From NCBI GenBank assembly GCA_028534125.1, contig CM052817.1, positions 65,412,001 to 65,476,000 of the forward strand: 64,000 nucleotides of DNA. The letters run 5' to 3'. Positions 1 to 11,946 of this stretch are shown here, piece by piece. How positions within the stretch are numbered: position 1 is the stretch's first letter; each line of letters begins with the position of its first letter. The position numbers were made by a program, and so were the translations under genes. The notes under the pieces were generated by a model that ran no database searches, was not told where the DNA came from, and saw only the letters and a program-made list of their open reading frames with translations. The stretch comes from Lama glama (lineage: Eukaryota).

Positions 1-239
1 GGATACAGGTCTTCCTTGGAGAGCTTCCCAGTGTGGATTTTCATCATTAGAGTGAGTTTTGATGTCAATGAAATTAAGCCTTGAGTATAGTTACTATTTA
101 TATTCCAAAGGAAAATTTGCCCCATTTAGGCTGTTATACAATTCAAAAGATAGTTTGGTAAATACTATAATGGAAATTGTCACTAAATGTAATAAGATAA
201 TACTCTATTCTTGACAATTGATTTAAGCACATCTTTGAG

Positions 240-241
<2 letters not shown>

Positions 242-288
<47 letters not shown>
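242..288. repeat. (GT)n microsatellite, ~23 units
   Basis: Perfect GT run read directly. Confidence 0.98.
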
Positions 289-289
<1 letters not shown>

Positions 290-1524
290 CTCTAAAATGG
301 CTAATGATGTTTAGGGCAGAGGAGACATGGCAAAATGGCCCAAGGAGGGGACTTGATCACATTTGTCCTTGCTTCCCAGTTCTCTTTCCAGCTTGCTACA
401 ATGGAAAACATCAAAATAGTCACTGTTAAAATGTCATTGTCCCAGCCAACCTTGATTAATTTATGTCTTCCTTTTGGAGAGAGCTAAACTGAAGAAGTCA
501 TTGTGGAATCATTAAGATTTTTATTCCTAACCCTACAACTATTATAACAACACATATTTAGGTTAAAAGCAAAAACTTCATTTCTAATAATTCATAGAAT
601 TTGTTCGGGTGAAACAATTATTTGGGAAATTTCCAGATGTTTCAATGTGTCACGTTTCCATCTGCTGCCTGCTTTTGTGCAGAACAGCCTAGCATTGCTC
701 TATGATACTTTTGGTTAGCACTGACTCGCCAAAATTTTGTTTTGGGAATATCAGTAGGGTCTGTTGATTCCCCGAAGAAAACAATTAGGAACGAAGGAAA
801 AAGAGGAAGAAAAGGTAATATCTAATCCTGACTTATTTTTCATCTAAAATATTGTCAGTCCTCTTCCCAAACAAAGTAAGTGACATGAATTTGGAAACTA
901 AAAAGGAAAATAAGGGAAAAGTAAAAACATATAGGGTCATGTGAGCAATCTTTTAAATATTTGTACCAAAGAAGTAGGAAACCAAGTAAGGAAGTTATGT
1001 ATTTTTTAGGGTTCATGGAAGAAAGGAGGAAAAAGAATAGACCAGTTTTCCCTCTTTAAAATGAGTTCTTTAAGTCTTTTTGTCTCAAGTATCCCCCCCC
1101 TTTTTTTTTGACAACTGAAAGTTGTCCCATTCTCCTTTTAGTCTTCTAGGGTAGCACTGCAATGAGTTTCTAGCAACAATTTTTACTTTCAGTTAAAACC
1201 ATTTCTCTTTATGCAAGTGCATTAGCACTGAAGAAACAGCTGTATTGATAGGACTTTGCTTTTGCTTTGTATGTCAAAACTACCTCCTGAAAAATAATTC
1301 TCATCCTACTTTGCAAATCTGCCCACAATGCAAAAAGTCATAAAATATATAAAACAAAAAGTACACAAGGAAGTGCATATATCTGACTGGTTACCCATGA
1401 TGGAACAGAGAAGTCAGCGTACATGAACATGATAAATAAAGGTTGACGGGTTTCTATTTTTTGGCCTAAATTGTAGACGTGTGTTTATTGTGGTTATTAT
1501 TAGTTTATCTCAAATATTTAAATC

Positions 1525-1632
1525 ACCACTTCAGGGAGATCTTAGAACCTTATCATTATTCGATGCTCAGAGCAGTGGCTGGCGCTGAATGGGTGCTGAA
1601 TAAGTATTTACTGACCCAATGAATGCATGAAA
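1525..1632 (+). mobile_element. L2 3' tail fragment
   Basis: cagtggctggc...gtgctgaataagtatttactga...atgaatgcatga resembles the L2 terminal consensus. Confidence 0.55.
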
Positions 1633-2009
1633 AAGATCTCGGTATTTATTTTCGCTCAGTCTTTAAACATATATTGTCTGACAGTCCCAGAACCTTGACC
1701 AAAGCAAGTATTAATTTCTGAGTTTGGAACTAAACGTTTATTTATTTTGAAAAGTGTTTAGGAATGCTTTGCTTGTGGAATTTTAGTTGCACATAATATA
1801 ACATCCACGGCCTACGTTTATAGCTCCAAAAATAGAGTTTTGCTATCTGATTTAATTATCTAATTAGAATTCGGTAAGCTATGTAGAGGCTGCCCTTTGG
1901 GGCTCATTAAACCAGTAGGATTAGAAGCGTTGCAAGTGAAGAAAGTACATTTTCCAGTGGAGCCCGTTGTTGCTGAAAGTGGTTTGGTTACTACAACACT
2001 GCTTGCAGG

Positions 2010-2430
2010 AGAGAGCGGCCTTGAGCCAGATGGCAGGCAGGTACGCTGGGCGGGCGGAGGCGGCGGTGCGGTGCCCCGCGCGGCGGCCGGGCGGGCGGCA
2101 GATCCGCTTACAGCCCGCGGGGACGCAGCGCCCCTCGGCAGCCGCAGCGCCGTTCCGAGGGTCGATGTGCAGGGTCAGACAAGCTTAATCTTTGGGCTGG
2201 CTGACCCCCACTTTCACTGAAGAAACAGGCTGACTCACAACAGCCTTTGGAGTGAAATCTTAGCTCCCATGGAACGCGAGCTTTTACTGTTGCTGCTGCT
2301 GCAGTGTCTGCTCCGAATGCTGGGAATTCAAGCGTTTAAATCTCCGGGGCCTTCGGTTTAAATCGTTCTACCACTTGAAAGTCTCACAGTTGCTATAAGA
2401 AACAGGGAGTAGGGTGAGTCAGTCATATAG
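2010..2430. promoter_or_regulatory. Small CpG-dense block with GC boxes and two AP-1 sites; candidate promoter or enhancer
   Basis: 24 CpGs counted in 2041-2164; repeated GGGCGG; TGACTCA at 2231-2237; TGAGTCA at 2415-2421. Confidence 0.6.
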
Positions 2431-3286
2431 AGCCACAAGCCCTTCACACGGAGTTTTGCTGTTCAGGGAATCATACTAATTTGCAAACAACGTACAACCT
2501 GGGTTTACTAAACTGAGACTTTTGTGATTTTGTTCTGTTTTAAACTTGCCCTGATGGCCGTGCCATGAATTTCTTAACCAGAAAACAAAAGAGGTATTTT
2601 GCACCTTGATGTAAAATGCCCAGGTCTTGATATCTTCACAGTGTGCAAATCTCTTAACAAAAGGCTAGCTCCAGGATGCTGTTAATGCTTACTATCTTCG
2701 AAACCACTGAGTTGTCAACATAGCTTGTTCCAAGTGGTTGGATTATAAAAATCCAGGAGAGATTTGTCATTTTGATGCTCCTGACTATGTGGTATGTAGT
2801 TCTAGGAAGGTTCTTTTCATCATTTGAAATGGTTTTGTTTAGTCAGACCCTTCCAAAAATGAAATGCATTTCCATGTGAATTTATTGGGGTTTGCAGCCC
2901 TACTCTACTCCTCCCCGCCTCCTTGATTTTGGCTCTACTCATAGTTCATTTTATTGGTTTTTGGCAAGTTGCTGAGGGCATATGTTTTGGACTGTTCTTG
3001 CCTGATTTGTGAGATTCTGCTGACATCCAGGAAAGTGCCGCAAAAACCTGTTGCTCATATCCAAGCCGAAGTGTTTCGTGGCAAATGCACTAGCATGGAG
3101 CTCAAGTTTCTTGACAACAAGTCTTATTTATGGAGAAACAAACGTAGGCAATATTTTGTGGGACCACGCTGTTCTCTTTCTGGGAAGTAACATTTGGCAT
3201 TTCTACGCAGGAGGGCAAATACTTTTTTAAACATTCTCATATTTAAGGGTGTGACGGAGGAAGTAATTCTGCTGCTGACGGTGATG

Positions 3287-3472
3287 GTAGCTACCATTTA
3301 TTGAGCAGACACCATACACCAAGCAATTCGTATTGACTCATCACCACAAAATTGCCGGGGCAGTGCTGCTGTACCCATTGTGAAGATGAAGAAACTGAGG
3401 TTAAGCAGCATTTCCAGAATCTTATGGAGTGGTGAAGCCAGTATTTAAACTTCATCTTTCTGTCTCTGAAGT
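3287..3472 (-). mobile_element. MIR SINE
   Basis: ccattgtgaagatgaagaaactgagg core and catttattgagc tail, antisense. Confidence 0.75.
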
Positions 3473-3671
3473 TTCTGTTTTTTTCCCCAAAAGACACCTG
3501 AGAGACAAATATTGCCCTTGAATTTTGTTTAATAAAGGAAATTTTGTTCTGAAATTTCCATTCTATTTTATAACAATGATTCACTGTATACCATTTGTAG
3601 GAGTTGGTGTCATGAAGATGCAGTAATGACTAAGACACATTTCCTGTTCTTTAAGGACTCATAGACTAGAG

Positions 3672-3893
3672 CAGTGGTTGCTAACTGGCAGTGATTTTGC
3701 CCTCCCAGGGAACATTTCCCAAGATCTGGAGCCATTTTTGATTGGCACAGTGGATGAGCATGTGTGAAGCTATTGATATCCAAAAGGTTGAGGCCAGGCA
3801 TTCTGCTAAATATCTTACAAAGAACAGACAAACCCTGTAACTAAGTATTATCCAGCCCAAATTCGTTAATAGTGGTGTGATTGAGATATCATG
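3672..3893 (+). mobile_element. MER20 (hAT-Charlie) DNA transposon, full length, inserted in an L2 fragment
   Basis: cagtggttgctaac...gattttgccctcccagggaacattt...ttgagatatcatg follows the MER20 consensus; degenerate 8-bp TSD gactagag/gtctagaa. Confidence 0.85.
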
Positions 3894-3956
3894 GTCTAGA
3901 AGAAGAAGACAAACACTGAAAACATAGTAAAATTTATGCTGTTCCTTTAATGATGG

Positions 3957-4298
3957 TGTGGTAGATTGTATTATTTGTCCAAAATATTTGCTGTCATTCT
4001 CTACTGGGACCTCTGTGTGGGAGAATTATACCTCTTGCCCCATTTATACCAGGCATGGCCCTTTAACTTGCTTTGACCAATAAAATATGGGTGGAAACTT
4101 AAAGAGCCATTGTGTCACAAGACCTTTAAGTTTCAGGCAGGGGCTCCTTCATCTGGTAACTCAAATGAAGACAACATGCAGTAAGATGCAGTTACTCCAA
4201 AGACTGGAATTATAAGCAAGACATAACCTTTGTTGAAAGCTAATGAGATTTTGAGATTGTTTGTTACTGTAGTGTAACTTAGTCCATACTGGCTAATA
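3957..4298 (+). mobile_element. Old MaLR solo LTR (MLT1H/I/J-like)
   Basis: Starts tgtggtagattg; ttgctttgaccaataaaat; ends gagattttgagattgtttgttactgtagtgtaacttagtccatactggctaata. Confidence 0.75.
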
Positions 4299-4329
4299 TG
4301 GGCGTGGTTAATATTTCAACAGATAAGGA

Positions 4330-5030
4330 TGAGGTGGGATTGTAGTTGGAGAATAACCCAAAAGAAAAGACTGGAGCCAAGATATGCCAGCTGACAAAAG
4401 GTGAATTTTAATTTTATGTGTGGAAAGTTTAGTAGGAGTGAGAAGGAAGATTAATTCTGAGAGCAGAGGGAAAGATTATTCAGAAAGGGACAGATACAGG
4501 GGCCCAGAAGTCAGTTGGGCTAAAACGGTAGTAGTCCAACAAGACAAGCAGGAGCCTGAACATGGGCAGGGTCCTTGTACATAAGAAGTTGGAAGCTTAT
4601 GAAAGAATGGGGAAAAAATGATGGAGGCTGAAAATTTATTTAGTATGTATGATGAGAAGATGATTCCAAGAAGATATCAAGATTTTGAGTGATTGTCTTG
4701 GAAAATGGTGTCACACAAGCACACATTTTTGGAATGAATATAATAAATCACTTCCAGAGTGATGGGCTTGTCCAGTCGAAGTTGCTCAGAGGCAGTTGGC
4801 TGTGAGAGTCGTGACACTGGGAATCCTGATGTGATTTACATAGTTGGGCATCATCCTTGTATAAGGATGCAACTTGGACAACATTGCCTAGGGGTATTGA
4901 CTGAACCGAAGGAGAAGCTTAAGGGGAAAGGAGTTGGGGTTTGGGACAAAATGAGCCTGATGGGAGGAATGTCAGACATTCAAGTGGAAATGTTGCCAGG
5001 CTGCAGCTGAGGGAGCTGTGTTTGGATCTC
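4330..5030 (-). mobile_element. Degraded L2 fragments
   Basis: Purine-rich antisense L2 motifs such as gacattcaagtggaaatgttgccagg and agaggcagttgg. Confidence 0.55.
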
Positions 5031-6799
5031 ACAGAGGTAATTAAGAGTGTAAGAAGGCAAATTAATGCCTATTCCTTGGTTAACTGTGAATAGATACTTA
5101 AATGCCTTTGCTATTATTCTGAAGCAGTTAAGCTTTGGTTTAAAAAAAAAAAAAGTAGTACACAGATATGAGGTCAGGAATTTACAAACGCTCACAATGG
5201 AAGTGTAAGTTTGAAGTTTTCCTCAGTGTAAAACTGAAAACCAGGATAACAGTAGCACTTACTTAAAAAAAACTTGCACTTGGAAGCTTATAAGTTTAAA
5301 GTTCATTATGTTTTTGCTATACCTACCAGTCAGAAATGTAGTTACTTCATTCTTTTTTATTAGTTATATCTTTAAGTAAAAATTTTTCTTCATCTGATTA
5401 TGATCTATTAATCTTCCTTCTCAGTTTCCACATTGCAGGGCACCCCAACTAGCAGAAGATTACAACCGTACCTGAAGGTCTGAACTTCTTGTCCCTACCC
5501 TTCTCCACCCCTGCCAGGGTTCCAAGACAATACACCCTTTAGTTTTGAAGTTTTGCCAAGGCCGGTCGATGGATGAAATAGGTTGGCAATACGCTACGTT
5601 TCCTAAGAACAAGTCAGATCACCACCGACCTCTCTTCCTCCTCTGACTTTACATTTCAGTATGTTAGGATCCTGGGACATCATGGTAGAGAAATATCTAC
5701 CCAATGGTCCACCATCAACCTGCTGGTGGCTGCAGGAGTTAGACAGAGTGCTTGGGAGAAGTCACAAGGATGCATGAGATAGGAGAGAAAGCATTAAGCA
5801 GGCTGGTGTTAAATATCACTCATCTCTGTGAGGATAGAACCTGCAGTCTTCTGAAAGCAGCACTAACCTGAGTGATTTCATCCGGAATAATAATGTCCTT
5901 TCATTTCTCGCCTAATCTGTCTGTTATTTTGTATTGACTTTAAGTAAAGAGTTTAGGGCCTTTCTCAGCTTTGGAGAGTTTAGGACATAGTCCTCTTTCA
6001 AGCATTGATCAAATTATAAAATTAGGCTAGTCCTTTGGAGATCTTGCAGTTTACACCAGAGAATGTTGGTTTATCCTTTATTTTCTATGCCTAAGCATTC
6101 TCATTATCATCAGTGAAACATCCTCTCTGATTGCACAGTAAATTGAAATTGTGGAGTTAAGTGATGAAGCCTCGTGTTTCCAGGTCCTCAAGGTTCAGCC
6201 TTTATCAGGAGCCCAGCATCCTCATGTCCCCACTGAAGCGACCCACATTTTGCTTCATATTCCTGACCTTTCCTTTCTATCTCTTTGGACGTTTTGTACA
6301 CAATGTCACATATATGGCGGCTCCTTGGCATTAGTGGCAGACTGCTAATCGGATCAGTTCATCACTGGAATAGATTATTGGGAGGTGCCATCTGAATGGG
6401 CTTTTTTCCAGGGTTGTGTATTTCCCTGTTATTGCAGGCCTTCTGGAGACACAAAGACTTAACCCAAATAACTTTCATCAGCAGAATAATGTTCAGGAAA
6501 ATGGAGAAGATATTTTTTGAGAAGCCTTTAGACCTTCTTTTTATTATACCACATTAGTGATCAGCGACTTTGCCTCTCCACTCTGTATGCGTGAAGAATA
6601 ATCACTGAATGCCATTTGGACGTGCACTGAGCAGAGCTGAAGCCAGGGCCCATAATTCTTACTGTGGCATCTTAATTCATGATTAGAGATAATCAAATGA
6701 TTTAGCTTTAAGCAGTTTTCTAGATTCAAATTCTTCCATCATAATTCACATTATAAAAACCTTCTGAAGAAACTGAATAATTCGCAAGACTCAGTTAAG

Positions 6800-7760
6800 A
6801 TAGACAGGGAGAAGCATTGGGGTAGGTCCTGGTGAGGAGTGTGGAGTCTCTAACCTTGTGATTTGCTTAGCACTCATCACTGCTTCTGCTTCTCTGCCCT
6901 GGCAGCACAGAAGAGATGATATGGCAAGTCTGTCTGTAAAAGGCACTGGAGTGAGGTACTGATGTACCACTGTTGTGCTTAGAATGAAACTAGGGATAAT
7001 GTGGGTGGGGAGATGAGGAAGAGAAAGATAAAAGGGCTGTGGTTCAGACATCAAAGGGATATGCCCCTTCCATTCAAGAATTAGTCTTGAGCTGAAAAAT
7101 GCCTGGAGCCAAAGACTGAGGATAGGGCTATGGTGAAAACATCCAACAAATGCCAGGAGCAGGGACGGGATGGAGGAACCCTGGGTAACTCCCTGTATGT
7201 GGTGGTGTCACTATGGGAGGAGATCCGCTCTTTACCTGGGCTTTGGGGCTTCATGAGGTTCCCCCATGAGCAGGCATCCTTGCAATACGTAGACACTACA
7301 TATCCTTGGACATCTAACAGCCAGAAGAGGGGCTCCAGGCTCCATATTTTGGAAGCCAGAAGGGACAGAAGGAAGTATATACTTCTGGTATCTACAGATG
7401 AGGAAATGGGATTGGATACATGAACTTACCCAAGTTCCCACCGAAAGAGAGTTAGTATTTGCACAATGTGTTTTTCAACTTCACAGCTGGGGCTTTCTGC
7501 ATTTATTCTGTTTTGTTAAAATTTCAGACAATACCAGCACTGCAAATACTAAAGTACAGCCAGAGGTCCTCTTTTTGTATCTTCTCTGTTCTCAGCTGCA
7601 CATATGTTCTGGGTCCCTCTTGTGGTGGCTGGGATGCACTAGGCAAAGATGTTGTAGTGAAGGGTCCACAGGGAGGTCTTAAGTCCTCAGATTAGCTGGA
7701 TGAGTGAAGTGTTTTCTTACCATGCTAACAACTCCCAAGTTGAGAGAATTTATACCGTGG
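6800..7760. mobile_element. Possible ancient LTR-derived segment (family unassigned)
   Basis: LTR-like composition with gataaaagggctg; not matched to a consensus with confidence. Confidence 0.25.
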
Positions 7761-7779
7761 TCTGGGAGTAAAGCAGAGC

Positions 7780-9475
7780 TGTCTGAGGAAAATTGAGATC
7801 ATCAGAAGAGAACTTTCTCAGATTCCCACTCCCCATCTGTACCATATAATCTGCCTTCCCACTTCTTTCGCTGATGAACTTCTGTGCCTCAGTTACAACC
7901 AGTCTCTCCACTTTTCACTGGATCCCACCAGCTCTCTACCAAAGGACTTCATTCCAGCAATTCTTTCTTCTGTCTCTGATCAAGTTTTCACTCTCTCCTG
8001 ACTCCTAGCAGCAATCGCACTGCTATTGCCCCCATCTTTAAAAATAATCTTCCCTTGTCTCCACTTCCTCTTTTAGCTCCTGTCCCTTTGTAGCAAACAT
8101 TTTAAGTTCCTTCCTTCCTATTCTTTTACTAACCCACACTAATTTGACTCTGTCCGGGACCATACCACTGAAACCGCTCTTGCCAAGTCCTTACTGCCTC
8201 CAGTGGTAAAGCCCATGACAGAGTCTCAGTTCTCATCTTAGCCTATCAGCAGCAGTTGATACAGCTGATCACGCCCATCTCTCTGAAACACTTTCTTCCT
8301 TTGTCTTCGGAGGCACCACACCCTCCTGGTGGTTTTTCTAACACGCTAGACTCTCCTGTTCTGCTTTGTTGCTTCTTTCTCTTGTCCTCGACCTTCCACA
8401 GTCAGAGAGCCCCAGAGTTCAATCTTGACCCTCTTCTGTGCCTCCACTCGCTTCCTGGGTGTAATTCAGCCTCATGGCTTCTACCTTCCAAAGACTTCCA
8501 CATTTCTATGTGGAGTCCAGCTCTCCTTTATTTAACTCTCAACTTGAAATCTCCCTTTGAAGGTCTACTGGCATCTCCACCTTTACACAGCCAAAGGCTG
8601 AACTCTTTTGATCTTCCTCTTAAAAGCTATATTGCTCCCCAACTAATTCAGTCAGTGGTAGCTCCATCCTTCATGCTGCTCAGGCTGAAAACCCTAAGTA
8701 GTCTCACCTCCTCTTTTTTGTTTGTATCTCACATCTAACATTCATGACGTCTTATTTGCTCTACCGTCTCACAACCTACACGGCCACTATGCTGGTGTGA
8801 CCGAATCAGTCCAGCTCACGTGGATTACTGCAGTACCCTTCTCGTAGGCATCTCAACTCCCATCTTTTCCCTCTGGAATCTACCCTTCATGCAGCAGCTA
8901 TAGAAATCCTTTAGAAATGTAAGTCAGATCAGGTTTCTCCTCTGCTCAAAACCCTCCGATGGATTCCCATCTTAATTAGAATAAAAACTGAAGTCCTTAC
9001 CTGGCACCATTACTCTCTGAGCGTATTTCCTGCTACACTTCCTTGTCTTACTCCCTTATAGACATAGAGTCCTTAGGGTTTTTGTACTGAAACACCGTTC
9101 TCCCATATAGCCATGTGGCTAATTCCTTCACTCCTTCAAGATCTATTCAAATGTCACCTTCCCAATGAGGCCTGCCCTGACAACACCATTTAAAATTGCA
9201 GCCACTTCCCTCTTATTCTCAGCTCATTGAATCCCTTTACACTGTTCTGTTCATTCTTTTTTTTTTTTCCAGAGTATTTATCAGCTTTCAAAGTACCATT
9301 TCATTTACTCATTTATGATATCTGTTGGTTATTGTCTGTCACTTTCTAGAATTTTAGCCCCACACAGGACATAGATTTTTATCTGTTTTGTTCACTGATG
9401 TTTAAAATGCTTAGAAAAGTTGCTGGGTATATAGTAGATGATTGATAAATGTTAAATAAATGAATGCATAAATAA
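7780..9475 (+). mobile_element. L2 LINE, ~1.7 kb 3' portion
   Basis: ccactgaaaccgctcttgccaagtc, tcagcagcagttgatacagctgatcac, aaatgtcaccttcccaatgaggcct; terminal ataaatgttaaataaatgaatg. Confidence 0.88.
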
Positions 9476-9756
9476 TTTCTTTTACCATGCCAAAGAACTA
9501 CCATGAGGTCAGAAACTGGGAGAATTAAGAAGTGGAGGAAGAAAGTAGAAAAACAGGATGAGGACCATGGGCAAACCTAGGATGTCAGGCTTGATCTTGT
9601 GCTGTGGAAATGGGTTTGACAGATGTAAATTACCATGCAGTGCTGAAAACTTAGTTTCTTCACAATTCTGCACAGGATGGGCTTCCGGAATCTCTCCTAC
9701 TTTGACTTTCCCTTTTGCATAGATTTTATTTTGTTTGTTGGAATCCCTTTTTAAAA

Positions 9757-10460
9757 TGTGGTGTCCACAATGAAACACAATATTCCAGATACACTCAGAC
9801 CAGCATCCCTTTGTCTGAATCTACATGTTCAGCAATGTAGTCAAAGCAATCATTGACCTCTCAGGGTTAAATGATGCATGACTCAGAATGAGCCTGCTGT
9901 CAGCCCAAACCACAAGTTATTTCTGCTTATTTTTCTCACATAGATCACACTTAAACAAAATCTTTTCAACTCTATTCTTTTAACCTATATGTGTGACTTT
10001 TATATTTTTTCTGTTAAATTTCTCTTTTTATTATTCTGACTGGTCAGGATCACAATTCAGCATTTTAGTAAATGCTCACAATTTTTCATTTTTCAGAAAT
10101 CTGACAATTATAAGATTGTTAAGGCATTGATAAAATGTTGTCCTGGACAGGGTCCTTGACAAAACCTGTTCCAAACTATTACAAATCTTTATTTCCACAA
10201 TAACAGGATCTATTTAATACTCAGGATATATAGGTTTAAGCCAGCTATTTCTTAGTCTTATCTGCAAAACTGTTACTGAAAAAAATTTCAAATGCTTTGC
10301 TGAAATTCAAATGTACTATGCCTTTAGGATTCTGCTGATTTTCCAGTCTAGCATTTTGATCAAAGGAGAAAATGAGGCCAGTTTGGCATAGTTTTATTAG
10401 ATAAATCGTTCTTGGCTCCTGGGGAGCCTTTTATGTGAACTTACAAACCATCTTTTATTA
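9757..10460 (-). mobile_element. CR1/L3 LINE remnant with reverse-transcriptase relics
   Basis: Minus strand 10287-10320 translates IVHLNFSKAFE (cf. CR1 VIYLDFSKAFD), preceded by CQTGLIFSFDQ; gtggtgtccacaatgaaacacaatattccaga is typical of antisense CR1 ORF2. Confidence 0.75.
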
Positions 10461-11155
10461 ATTCTGTGTTGAAGTCAGGCTTACTATCTCCAATGTGAAG
10501 ATTTGATCTCCATCAGAGTGACATCTTACCTCTGTTTATTTTGTGACTTCTATTTGAAAGGAGCCATTCATATACTCCTTCTGGATGAGTGGTCCTTGTC
10601 ATTTAAATTTTAATATATTATTTTCTATAAACACATGTATGAAATTTTATCATACAGATTTTAGTGTCATCTTTCTTTTCCCATTTCGCTCGGCTGTCTT
10701 CTCTTCTTACCCCTTTTCTTCCACTCACACTGTCCATTCACTCTTGCTCCAGATACTCTGTATTAATAACTAATGTACCTATCACATATTTCCGTATATT
10801 TTGCACAGTCATATAATCACAGATGACTTCTTTTTGAACTGTTAGGTAGCCTGTTTCAAAGAGAATCAGTTTACTTTATCCTTCCCTGAGAGATAATATT
10901 ACCCAGAAAACTGTCCTTGAAGCATCTCTTTTATACTTTGAGACCCCAGCCTAAAAGTAACAGCATCATTCATTTGTCCTTTCCCTCAGTAAGAGTCACT
11001 GAGCTCCTCCCGTGTCCCAGACACTGTGCTAGGTTGTACAGTGATTCGAAGCCTTGCCAAGGTATTGTGTTTAATCTACCTCTCTATCTTTTCTTTTGCC
11101 TCTGAGGACAAAAAACCAAAACCAAAACCAACAACTCTCCTGCTTAGAAGGCTTC

Positions 11156-11340
11156 TGCTATGAACCAAATGTTTGTGTCCTCCCAAAATTCACATGTTGA
11201 AACCCTAACCCCCCAATGTGCCTATCTATGGAGAAAGGGCCTCTAAGGAAGTAATTAAAGTTAAATGAGGTCATATGGGTGGGACCCTAATCTGATAGGA
11301 TTAGTGTCCTTATAAGAAGAGATACCAGAGAGCTTTCCCC
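11156..11340 (+). mobile_element. MLT1A/B-type LTR, 5' part only
   Basis: tgctatgaaccaaatgtttgtgtcctcccaaaattcacatgttgaaaccctaacc...gtccttataagaagaga. Confidence 0.85.
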
Positions 11341-11606
11341 AGAGGGAGGTAGTCTTCTGGCTGAGAGTCATAGATTTATACCACAGATTTGTGGGTGTAG
11401 TGGGGAGGGGTATACAGGGAAAATATCTTGACTTAATAACATCAATAAAATTATAATTATTCTTTATATGAATATTGTTACCTGTGTGTCCCACTTTCTT
11501 TCAAGGCTCGAACATGCAGATTTCTGCTGTAATATTCAGCAGGATTAAATATTAGCATATTACAAGCAAAACTGTGTTCTCCCTTCCCCGTTGGCCCCCA
11601 TCACCT

Positions 11607-11946
11607 TGGAATGTGTCTGTAGTTGGAGACAGGGCCTTTAAAGATGTAATTAAGTTAAAGTTGGGTCATTGGAGTGAGCCCTAATCCAATCTGACCAGTG
11701 TCCTTACAGGAAGAGGAAATTAAGATACAAGAAGAGACACCAGAGATATGCAGGCAGAGCGAGTGAGGAGGACACCAGGAGAAGGCTGTCCTCCTCAAGC
11801 CAGGGAGAGAGGCCTCAGGGAAACCAAGCCTGCAGATGCCTTGATCTTGGACTGCTAGTCTCCACCATTGTGAGAAAATAAATTTCAGTTGTTTAAGCCA
11901 TTTACGCTGTGGTCCTGTGTTGCGCCAGCCCGAGCAGACTAACACA
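11607..11946 (+). mobile_element. MLT1B-type LTR, 5' truncated
   Basis: gccctaatccaatctgaccagtgtcctta...tgtgagaaaataaatttcagttgtttaagcc...agcagactaacaca. Confidence 0.85.

Noticed and set aside
211..429. ORF with a VCVCVC repeat
   Set aside because: Translation of a (GT)n microsatellite
1897..2220. 107-aa and 73-aa ORFs over the CpG block
   Set aside because: Non-ATG starts; open because GC-rich DNA lacks stops; no recognisable protein
8256..8738. 160-aa ORF
   Set aside because: Lies inside a decayed L2; not a host gene
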